DNA of 22,332 nucleotides. It comes from Myxococcota bacterium (GTDB taxonomy: Bacteria; Myxococcota; JACRCW01). The notes beneath the pieces were generated by a model. The model saw only the letters and a list, made by a program, of their open reading frames with translations. It did no database searches and had not been told where the DNA came from. The stretch lies in NCBI GenBank assembly GCA_040752415.1, contig JBFMGU010000179.1, positions 1 to 22,332 of the forward strand, written 5' to 3'. A program made the position numbers and the translations under genes. Numbering within the stretch: position 1 is the stretch's first letter; each line of letters begins with the position of its first letter. Positions 9,128 through 17,900 of the stretch are shown in pieces.

Positions 9128-10265
9128 GCGCCTCCGACGATGGCGTCTCGTTCTCGGCGGCGGCGAGGCCGAGGGAACGGGGCAAGGGCTCGAGGGCACG
9201 GACGCAGGCATGGACCGCGCGTTGCAGGCTCTCTATGACTCCGACCGTACCGGCGCGCTGGGCAGCTCCTCCCCCAACGTCCCGCGCTGGCTGGGCGACA
9301 TCCGCACGTACTTTCCGTCGAGCGTGGTGCGGGTCATGCAGCAGGACGCGCTCAACCGGCTGGGCATGAAGCAGATGCTGCTGCAGCCGGAGATGCTCTC
9401 CGCCATGCAGCCCGACGTGAACCTGGTGGCCAACCTGCTCTCGTTGTCCGCGGTGATTCCCACGCGCACGCGGGAGACGGCGCGCATGGTGGTGCGTCGG
9501 GTGGTGGCCGACCTGGAGCAGCGACTGGCGAGCCCGTTGCGTCAGGCGGTGATGGGCACGCTCAACCGGGGAATCCGCAATCGTCGTCCCCGGCTGCACG
9601 AGATGGACTGGCACCGCACCATCCGCGCCAACCTGCGCCACTACCAACCGCAACAGCGCACGGTGATCCCCGAGACGCTCGTCGGGTACGGGCGGAGGCG
9701 GAGCAGTGTGCAGGAGATCATCCTGTGTATTGACCAGAGCGGTTCCATGGCACCCTCGGTGGTGCACGCGGGTGTGTGCGGCGCGGTGCTGGCGTCGTTG
9801 CCGGCGGTGAGCACGCGCATGGTGGTGTTTGACACGTCGGTGGTGGAGCTCACGGAGCATCTCGCCGACCCGGTGGAGCTCCTCTTTGGTGTGCAGTTGG
9901 GTGGTGGCACCGACATCAACCGCGCGCTCGCGTACTGCCAGGGGCTGGTCACGCGGCCCGCGGATACCACGCTGGTGCTGATCAGCGACCTGTTCGAGGG
10001 TGGTGACGTCGGAGAAATGATCGCGCGCGCCGCGGAGCTGGTGCACTCCGGCGTGACCGTGGTGGTGCTGCTGGCGTTGGATGACCAGGGTGCGCCCGCG
10101 TTTGATCACGAGGTGGCGGGGGCGCTGGCGTCCCTGGGGATTCCCGCGTTTGCGTGCACGCCGGACCTCTTTCCCGAGCTCATGGCCGCCGCGCTCCGAC
10201 GGGAGGACCTGGGCATGTGGGCCTCCACGCACGGCATCACGCACAGTGGTTCTTCCGCGGGGTGA
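9117..10265 (+). CDS. von Willebrand factor A domain protein (YehP / VWA_CoxE-like)
   Basis: MIDAS motif DxSxS (IDQSGSM), GGGTDI and LISDLFEG, plus the CoxE-like DWHRTIRANL. GTG start with GGAGG at 9106-9110. Overlaps the previous gene by 11 nt. Confidence 0.9.
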   Translation: MADERLRRWRLVLGGGEAEGTGQGLEGTDAGMDRALQALYDSDRTGALGSSSPNVPRWLGDIRTYFPSSVVRVMQQDALNRLGMKQMLLQPEMLSAMQPDVNLVANLLSLSAVIPTRTRETARMVVRRVVADLEQRLASPLRQAVMGTLNRGIRNRRPRLHEMDWHRTIRANLRHYQPQQRTVIPETLVGYGRRRSSVQEIILCIDQSGSMAPSVVHAGVCGAVLASLPAVSTRMVVFDTSVVELTEHLADPVELLFGVQLGGGTDINRALAYCQGLVTRPADTTLVLISDLFEGGDVGEMIARAAELVHSGVTVVVLLALDDQGAPAFDHEVAGALASLGIPAFACTPDLFPELMAAALRREDLGMWASTHGITHSGSSAG

Positions 10266-10277
10266 GCTCGTTTCCAC

Positions 10278-12695
10278 TCAGGCCAGCGGCGGTCCCTCGA
10301 GCAGCGGGATGATCCGCTTGGCGCGCCAGCTGACGTCGTCGCGGTGGAGCGTCTCCCGGATGGACGACATGGACAGGGCGAAGTGCGCGTCGCCACCCAC
10401 CTGGCTTGCGACGATAAACGTGATGATGCCCACGAGGTGTCCGTCGGCGTGGTAGAGCCCGCCGCCGCTGGAGCCGGGACCCACCGGAGTTTGCGTCTGC
10501 AGCCACTGCAGCTCCAGGCCGGACTTGTTCTCCCAGCGACGGAAAGCGCTCAGCGCACCGGAGCTGTACGACCAGTTGAGCCCCATGGGATTGCCAATGG
10601 CAAACAGCGGAGAGCCCACCAGGCACGCGCCCTGGCCCAGCTCCATCACCGTCACCGCGTCGGGATTGCGGAGCTGACAGGACACCAGCGCCAGGTCCAC
10701 GTCGTGCGGCGCCACCCACTCGATCTGGATGGGAACCTTCTCGCCGGAGAGCGTGAGCGCGCGCAGCTCCGCCGCCTGCCCCTCCTCCTCCACGACGTGA
10801 CGGTTGGTCAGGCACAACACGTGCTCACCATCCCGCGCAATGATCACGCCCGACCCGCACCACACCCGGCCCTCCGCCTTCCCGACGAGGAAGATGTTCG
10901 CCGCCATGGCGCGCGCAATGGGCGGCTCGATGAGCTTGAGGTCGTCGCGGGAGGGTGGGGTGGGCAATGCGTCGTCGAGGGAGCGGGACGCGGGAGACTC
11001 CGACGAGTGCGAGGGCGCGGCGCCCGGTCGCGCCATGTACGCGCCGCCGCTCAGCACGTGCTCCCGACGACACACCGGGCACACCACGCGCTCCCCCTCG
11101 CGCTTGAGCGGACGGATGGACTCACAGTTGCGACACCGTCCCAGCGGATGCTCGCGGAGCAGCTGGGCCTTTCCGTCGACGAGATGCGGCTCACCGGACT
11201 GCGGACAGCGCGGCAGCTCCCGACCCTGGCGGACCAGCGCGCGGGGTCGGGCACAACATTGGCATCCGCCGTGCGGCGTGTCGGCGGCGCGCACGGGCTG
11301 GCCACGCGCGTCCAGGACGTACGCATCACCCGTCGACGCGAGCCGCAGGGATCCCTGACCCACCTCGAGGAGCTCGCCATTGGGAGCGCGGTAGATGGGC
11401 GTGATCTCCGCGGTGCCGTCCGGCTTGAGCTCGAGGCGCGCGGTGGTGGACTGGAAGCTCGTTGCCAACTCGCGCGCCCGGGTCCGCAGCGATTCCACCG
11501 GGTCGGCGAGATAGGAAACCAACTTGCGCGCCGCTTCCTCCGTGGCGCACCGCGCGCACAAGAGCAGAACCGCTTCATGCGCCGCCACACGCGAGCCGCG
11601 TTCCAGTCGACCCAGCAGGCGCATGGGCAACGCATCTCCGGCCTTCACGGTGGACTGCAGCAGTCGCGCGAGCTGGAGATCGTTCTCGTCGGGAGCTCCG
11701 TCGGGCGCGAGGGTCTCCACGAGGCGCAGCGCCAGGTCCTTCACTCGACCACGCGGTCCCTCGCGCAGCTCCGGAATGGCGCGCACCAGGAGCGACACGA
11801 AGCGGGAGGTACGCTCCGGACGCTGGAGCAGCGCCGACGTCAACACGTCCGCGCACGACGCGAGCTCGGCGCCCCGGAGGCGGTCCAGCCGCGCCAGCAG
11901 GGCCTGCGCCAGGTCGTTGTCCTGCTCATGGGCGCGGGTGCACACGCGGGCCAGCGCGTCGCCGGTGGCCACGGTGATGAGCGCCAGGTCCAGCGCTTCG
12001 GTGGCGGCGGGGGAGGTGGTGTGGCGGGTGCGGGCGTCCTCGAGGATGCGCTGCAGCTCCGCGTCGCCGTCGGTGAGGTTGGCGAGTCGTGCGCGGACCA
12101 GGCCCGCGGCCATGCCCGTGGCGCTGGCGTTGCCGCGTTGGATGATGAGCGCCAGCGCCACCGTGAGCGGAGCGTCGTCGAGCGCGCGCAGCGCTTCCAG
12201 CACCTTCAACCGCTCCGTGTCCGACGTGGCGGCAAGCATCTCGTGCGCGAGCGACTCCGCGGCGACGGGAGTTGGCTTGGCAACCGGTGCAGTGGGCGCC
12301 GCGGGCAGCAGATTCTCCGACGACACCGCGGCGAGCAGCGTCCGCGCCTGGATCTGCACGAACTCGTCGGCCTCCCGCGCCCACTGCTGCGCCAGGGAAC
12401 GCAGCGCGGTGTCCCTGGGCGTGGCCAGGCGGGAGAGCGCACGGATGGCAAAGACCCGCTCGTCGCCACGACCGTTCCGCGCCAGCTCGGTGAGCGCGGG
12501 GATGGCGTCGCGGTATGAGGACTGACCCAGGATCTCCACCGCGCCCAGCCGCACCGACGCGTTCTTGTGCGTCAGGAACGTCGCCACGCCAGCCAGGTCC
12601 GACGGGGTGGCCTCTTGCGCGGTCTGTCGGGCCAGGTTCTCCCGCTCCCGGAAGCCCGCGAACTCCAGTTGGATCGCCAGCATCTTCAGGTCCAT
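10278..12695 (-). CDS. HEAT-repeat / zinc-ribbon / trypsin-like (S1) serine protease fusion
   Basis: Catalytic triad motifs LTNRHVV (His), DVDLALV (Asp) and GPGSSGGGL (Ser), plus AIGNPMG. N-terminal HEAT-like repeats (NASVRLGAVEILG, DERVFAIRALSRL). Central Cys clusters CQCC...CPQSGEPH and CRNC...CPVC. The start is either ATG 12695 (MDLKML) or ATG 12752. Confidence 0.85.
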   Translation of the reverse strand: MDLKMLAIQLEFAGFRERENLARQTAQEATPSDLAGVATFLTHKNASVRLGAVEILGQSSYRDAIPALTELARNGRGDERVFAIRALSRLATPRDTALRSLAQQWAREADEFVQIQARTLLAAVSSENLLPAAPTAPVAKPTPVAAESLAHEMLAATSDTERLKVLEALRALDDAPLTVALALIIQRGNASATGMAAGLVRARLANLTDGDAELQRILEDARTRHTTSPAATEALDLALITVATGDALARVCTRAHEQDNDLAQALLARLDRLRGAELASCADVLTSALLQRPERTSRFVSLLVRAIPELREGPRGRVKDLALRLVETLAPDGAPDENDLQLARLLQSTVKAGDALPMRLLGRLERGSRVAAHEAVLLLCARCATEEAARKLVSYLADPVESLRTRARELATSFQSTTARLELKPDGTAEITPIYRAPNGELLEVGQGSLRLASTGDAYVLDARGQPVRAADTPHGGCQCCARPRALVRQGRELPRCPQSGEPHLVDGKAQLLREHPLGRCRNCESIRPLKREGERVVCPVCRREHVLSGGAYMARPGAAPSHSSESPASRSLDDALPTPPSRDDLKLIEPPIARAMAANIFLVGKAEGRVWCGSGVIIARDGEHVLCLTNRHVVEEEGQAAELRALTLSGEKVPIQIEWVAPHDVDLALVSCQLRNPDAVTVMELGQGACLVGSPLFAIGNPMGLNWSYSSGALSAFRRWENKSGLELQWLQTQTPVGPGSSGGGLYHADGHLVGIITFIVASQVGGDAHFALSMSSIRETLHRDDVSWRAKRIIPLLEGPPLA

Positions 12696-12829
12696 GGGCG
12701 CTTGCGTAGCAGTCCCGACGTCACCGGGAAAGGTGGCGTCGGCGGAGCCCATGTTCCGTCGGTGCCACGCAACCGATTCCCAACGTGCTCCGTTGGAGAT
12801 ACGTCAACAAGATTGCCCGGGAGCCCTTC

Positions 12830-13360
12830 ATGTCCACGCCGTCGCAGCTCACGCTCACGCCGTTGTCGTCGTCAGACTTGGCGGAGGTGTTCCCGCTCTG
12901 GTCGGACTACGACACGGTGAAGCTCACCAACTGGACCCACACGCCCACGCGGGAGGAATGCGCGCAGCGACTGGAGAAGGTCCTGGCGCACTACGGCAGG
13001 GAGCCCCGCCACTTCGGTCCGTGGATGGTGCGCGTCGAGCAGCGCTCCATCGGTCTCGTCGGGGCGGACCTGCGGGACGAGGCCACCGGCGAGTACGAGG
13101 TCTGGTACGTCCTCCGACGCGAAGAGTGGGGCAGGGGCCTGGCCACGCGGGCAGTGGGTGCGCTGCTGGAGCGGATGGTGACGTCGGGACGGGTGCGTCG
13201 CGCGGTGGCCACGGTGGTGCCCGAGAACGTGGGAAGCTGGAAGCTGCTGGAGCGACACGGCTTCACGCGACAGGAGCTCCTCCCCGCTGCATTCCAGCGA
13301 CACGGCCTGGTGCGGGATCTCTTCACCTACGCCCGCGTGCTCCACCGCTCGGACAAATAG
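12830..13360 (+). CDS. GNAT N-acetyltransferase, RimJ/RimL family
   Basis: Acetyl-CoA-binding motif EEWGRGLAT, plus N..S..LLE+.GF (ENVGSWKLLERHGF). ATG 12830 is preceded by GGGAG. 176 aa. Confidence 0.9.
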   Translation: MSTPSQLTLTPLSSSDLAEVFPLWSDYDTVKLTNWTHTPTREECAQRLEKVLAHYGREPRHFGPWMVRVEQRSIGLVGADLRDEATGEYEVWYVLRREEWGRGLATRAVGALLERMVTSGRVRRAVATVVPENVGSWKLLERHGFTRQELLPAAFQRHGLVRDLFTYARVLHRSDK

Positions 13361-13380
13361 CCAGTCACACCGACTCAAGG

Positions 13381-13426
13381 TTGGACCGCCACGCCGTCAC
13401 CGCCTATCCTGCGCGTCGCCAGGAGG
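13381..13426 (+). promoter_or_regulatory. Candidate sigma70 promoter and ribosome-binding site for the pseudo-receiver gene
   Basis: TTGGAC (13381-13386), 18-bp spacer, TATCCT (13405-13410). AGGAGG at 13421-13426 lies 6 nt before ATG 13433. Confidence 0.5.
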
Positions 13427-13432
13427 TCGCGC

Positions 13433-14932
13433 ATGTCGGGCTCAAGGACCAACCCCGGGCGGAAACGCATCCGCACCGGGAGCATGCAGCCGTCGAGCGT
13501 CTCGGAGACCACGCTCCAACCGGTCCCCACGCTCTCCGAGACGACGCTGCAGCCCATCCCCAGTCTCTCCGGGACCATGCTGCAGCCGGTGCCCGCCGAG
13601 TCCGGGTTTGACCTCCTCAGCCCCTGGTCCACGCAGGCCGCCTCCACCGACGTCATCAGCGTCTACGCGTCCCTCAAGGTCCTCGTCGTCGACGTGGTGG
13701 ACGGTGATGCCAGCCCGGTGGTGAGCGCGTTTGCCAGCCTGGGGGTGTTCTGCAAGACCGTCACCAGCGCCAACCAGGCCGTGGATGTGCTGGACGCGCA
13801 CCCGTTCCACGCCGTGTTCGTGGTGGTCGACGACGACACTTCGAGCTGGCCACACAAGCTCCTCAAGCTGGCGCGCACCCGCTACACCACCACGCACTTC
13901 CTGGCGCTCATCCCGCAGGGCAAGACCGAGCTGGGCTACACGCTCAAGGACCTGGGCGCCGTCGACGTCATCGAGAGTCCGCTGCCCAGTGCGCTGGGAC
14001 TGCTGGTGCGCGTGTTGACGCTGGTGCCCGACGCGGTGCCGCTGCGCAAGGACCTGCGCGAGATGATGCAGGAGGCGGGGCTGGCGTGGCGTCGGAGTGA
14101 GGCGGCCAACGCGGAGCGCATGCGCAGCGGGCTGGCGGAGCTGAAGACGCTGCGCGCCGAGCGGGTGGAGCTGGAGCGCGCGCTGGTGGAGGCCAAGGAG
14201 GAGAACATTGCGCTCAGCGACGCGTGCGAGGGCCTCCTGGAGCACGAGGAGCGCGTCAAGAAGATCACCAGCCAGCTCAATGAGGCACACCAGCAGCTCA
14301 AGCGCGCGCTGCTCGAGGTGCAGGAGCTCCAGAAGGAGAACGCCGCGCTGCGGGAGGCCGCCCGGGAAGCGCAGGATCACGAGGCGCAGCTGGTGGCGCT
14401 CAACCAGGAGACGCTGGCGCAGGCGGAGGCGCGCACCCGGCAGCTCGACGAGAGGGAGCAGCAACAGAAGGCCCGCGCGGCGGAGCTGGAGGCGGAAGCG
14501 GCCCGTCTGCGCGCGCGTGTCGACGAGCTGGAGAAGGTGGCGCAGGAACGCCAGGAGCGCGTGCAGGAGCTGGGTGACACCGCGGGAGCGCTGGAGAAGG
14601 AACGCGCCGAGGCGGCGTCACTGCGGGAGCAGCTGGCGCACACCAGTGCTGAGCTGGACCACGTGCGCAATGCGCAGCTGGACATCCAGGTGAAGGTGGT
14701 CGACCTCGAGGGAGCGCTGCGTCAGGCCCGTCGGGCGCTGGATGCGCGCAAGGCGGTGGACGGGAACGCCGCGGGCAGCATGAAGGCGTTGGACAAGGTC
14801 ATTGAGTTCCTCACCGGGGTGTTCGCCACCGGCGTGAAGGCGCCGCAGGTGGAAGCCAGCCTGGAGGAGCTGCGCAAGCTGCGCGCGCAGTTGGAGACCG
14901 CCTCGTTCAACTCCCCGACGACGACGGCGTGA
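13433..14932 (+). CDS. Degenerate receiver (pseudo-REC) domain + long coiled-coil protein
   Basis: REC-like pattern KVLVVD...LGVFCKTVTSANQAVDVL...PFHAVFV...LGAVDVIESP (about 13673-14030), followed by ~290 aa of E/Q/L/A/R-rich heptad sequence. Strong Shine-Dalgarno and GC3-biased codons. Confidence 0.85.
   Translation: MSGSRTNPGRKRIRTGSMQPSSVSETTLQPVPTLSETTLQPIPSLSGTMLQPVPAESGFDLLSPWSTQAASTDVISVYASLKVLVVDVVDGDASPVVSAFASLGVFCKTVTSANQAVDVLDAHPFHAVFVVVDDDTSSWPHKLLKLARTRYTTTHFLALIPQGKTELGYTLKDLGAVDVIESPLPSALGLLVRVLTLVPDAVPLRKDLREMMQEAGLAWRRSEAANAERMRSGLAELKTLRAERVELERALVEAKEENIALSDACEGLLEHEERVKKITSQLNEAHQQLKRALLEVQELQKENAALREAAREAQDHEAQLVALNQETLAQAEARTRQLDEREQQQKARAAELEAEAARLRARVDELEKVAQERQERVQELGDTAGALEKERAEAASLREQLAHTSAELDHVRNAQLDIQVKVVDLEGALRQARRALDARKAVDGNAAGSMKALDKVIEFLTGVFATGVKAPQVEASLEELRKLRAQLETASFNSPTTTA
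13502..13600 (+). repeat. Three in-frame 33-bp (11-aa) tandem repeats
   Basis: SETTLQPVPTL (13502-13534), SETTLQPIPSL (13535-13567), SGTMLQPVPAE (13568-13600). Confidence 0.85.
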
Positions 14933-14953
14933 CCCACCGTGGACAACGTGCGA

Positions 14954-17900
14954 TCACGGCTCGATCACGGAGAGGTACAGGCTGCGCTCGAAGGAGGTGT
15001 CCTCGCCGCCGGGGGGCCAAGGTGACGTCGCCAGCCACGCCGCGATGATGCGGCCACCGGCGGTGAAGAGTTTGTGCTCATAGGCACCCTGGGCGTCGTA
15101 GCGCAGTCGAGAGGTGGAGCCCACATCCCACCGGTGCACCGGAATGCCAGTCACTGTTTCGTCGACGAGGCCGCGCGCGGGCGTGCCGCGCAACGCAATG
15201 ACGCCGCGGTTTCCGGTGATCACCGGTCCCAGCACCTGCCCTCGCGGAGCAACCTCTTCCACGCGATCATCGACGGGGTTTCCGTCGGAGGCGAGGCGTC
15301 GCCATTTCACCGCGGCGCCCGCGTTGGTCCACTCGACCCAGAACAGCACCGCGCCGGTTTCCATCCGCGCGAGCCGGAGGTGGCTCCCGACGGGAAGGAC
15401 CACGTACGGCCCGGCCTCCACCGCGCCCGAAGTCCCCGCGTCGGCGAAGATTGGGAACAGCCACACGTGCCCCGTGTACGCCGACGCCGCGATCAGGTAG
15501 CCGCGCTCCGTGGCCACAGCCTGCCACTCCGTCACCGTTCCGCCAGGCATGAGCTCGGCGCGCCACTTCGCGACGCCATCGTCGTCGAGGAGGATGGCCG
15601 CCAAGGCGGAGAACACGCCAGGGAACAGCAGCAACGTGCCGTCATGTCCCGGCGTCAGCGAGAGGTCTGGTGCCACGCCGGTGCCAACGCGTGCGGTGAA
15701 CGTGGGGCCGCGGATGACGTCGCCAGTGCGATCCAGCGTCCGTACCTCCACGGTGTCAGGAGAATCTCCCGAGTGCTCGCGGAAGTCCGAAGCAAGAAGC
15801 CACCCGTCAGATGTAGGCGCCAGCGCCACGCTCAGGGCGTGGTGAATGCCGAGGCATTTCTCGTCGAGGACCTGGAAGGACTCCTTCGTGCGCGCCAGGC
15901 GCAGCGTCGCGGTGTAGTTCGGCCCCTCGCCAATGTAAGACCAGACTGCGGCAATCTCTCCGTCGTCACGGCCCGCCACGGCCAGGGAAACCGCCGCGTT
16001 GGTGTCCACGGGAATTCGTGCACAATCCCGTTCCGCCATGCATCCGTTGCACGCGGAGACGTCCCATCCGCAGCGCTCATTGCACCCGAGCGTGCCCGAG
16101 GCGTAGCCCAGCCCGCCGCAGGTCGTCGGCGCGGTTCCGTCGCAGGACTCGGTCCGCTCCATGCGGCTGCAGCCGACACTGCCCGGGCAGCGTGTGCACC
16201 TGTTGGTGACGCCGTTGCCGCACAGGGCATCGCCGCACGCGGGACCGTGTTTCCAGGGTGGAATGCACGTCTGGGGCGCGGAGGTACGCGATGGCGCCGG
16301 AGCAGCCAGCGCGCCAGGCTCAATCCGCATGAGCTGGATGCGACGCGCGGAGCTGTTGATGTCGTCGGAGATCCATCCCGCCACGGCGCCGTCGGCAACG
16401 GGAACGAGCTGGAAGAACTCCTCGAACGCGGGCTCGCGCGTGAGGCTCTGGGGCGCTCCCACTCCGTCGCCGCGCGTGACCAGCAACGCATCCAGGTGGG
16501 AGCCCACGCCGGCCGCGCCGGTGTAACCCGGGAGGAGCATCAACCAGCCTTCCCTCGTCGACACGACAGGCGAGGGATTGAAGTACAGCGGGAAAGAGCC
16601 CACCAGTGCAGGCGTATCCAGCAGCGCGCCGTCGGGAGTCAGGCGGGTCCACATGACGCCGTGCGTGCCATTGAAGGCCGCGGTGGTCAGCGCCACCTCC
16701 TCGCCGTTCCACGCCAGGCGCGGATAGTCCATTCCCTCCAGGGAGATGTGGACCTCCTCGAGCGTGCCGTCGTGGTTGATGTTCACCACCCACATTCCGT
16801 TGTTGACCCGGAACGCGACGAGGAAGTGGTCCTCCACGTACAGCGCGGAAGGGTTGTTGACGTAGGTGCGGTGCGCCAACGTGTTGCGCCACAGCACCGT
16901 GCCGTCGTCCTGGACCAGCGCGGATTCCATGATGGAATGTTCCGGCTGCCACACCACCAACGTGGTTCCCGGCGCGCCGGGGGTCAGCGCAATGTTGTCC
17001 CGCCACGAGATGGCAATGGGCCCGAGGGACACGGGTTCCGTGACGGGATCGCCGTGGATGTCCAGGGGGTGGAGCAAGAGCTCTTCATTCCCCGTGGCCA
17101 GCATCCAGCCCTGCGTCGTCGCGGACAGCGCCACGTCGACGGCGCCGGTCAGCTCCAGGCACTGCGCGCGGAGCAGCTGCAGCTCGGTGTCCCACGAGGC
17201 GAAATGGACCGTGCCCGCCCCGCGCTCCGTCCATTCCAGCCACACGCCGGCCAGGATCCCGTCGTGGGCGGCCAGGGCAAGGTTGCCCGCGCCGCGCGAC
17301 TTCACGGGCGGTCGCACGCACGCACGGATGGCCGGATGGTCCGTGCACGACGAGCAACCCGCGCTGTCCCAGTGACACGTGTCCGCGCAGGCGAGTGTTC
17401 CTCCCGCGAAACCGAGCTGCACACAGTCCACCGCGCCGAGGTCGACGCCGTCACACGGCTCACGCAGCGAAGGCTCGTAGCAGCAGGCGGGACACTCCAC
17501 GCCGCACGACGACGTGCACGTGGTGCCTTCCGGGCAGTTGGCGCAGGTCTCGCGCACGCCGTTGCCGCACGCGCCTGGGCACGCGGGTTCAGGAAAGAGC
17601 CCCGGCTCCCCCGCGCACCTTCCGTCGACGCAGACCGCGTTGGACGCGCAGCCGAAACCGCAGGGGTATCCGTCGGGAACCGGCGCGGCCACGCACCGAC
17701 CGCCCATGCAGATGGGCATGGTGCTGCAGCTGGTCACCGAGCCGCACGCGGTTCCGTCGGCGGATGGCACGTGGGAACAGCCGGTGGCGTCGCAGATGTC
17801 GTCGGTGCATGGGTCGTCGTCGACGCACTGGGCGGAGTCGGGCACGGCGGTGCAGCCCACGTCGGGATCACACAGGTCCACGGTGCAGGCAACGCCGTCG

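Noticed and set aside
10344..12518. 724-aa plus-strand ORF
   Set aside because: Antisense to the motif-bearing protease gene, with composition typical of a reverse-frame shadow.
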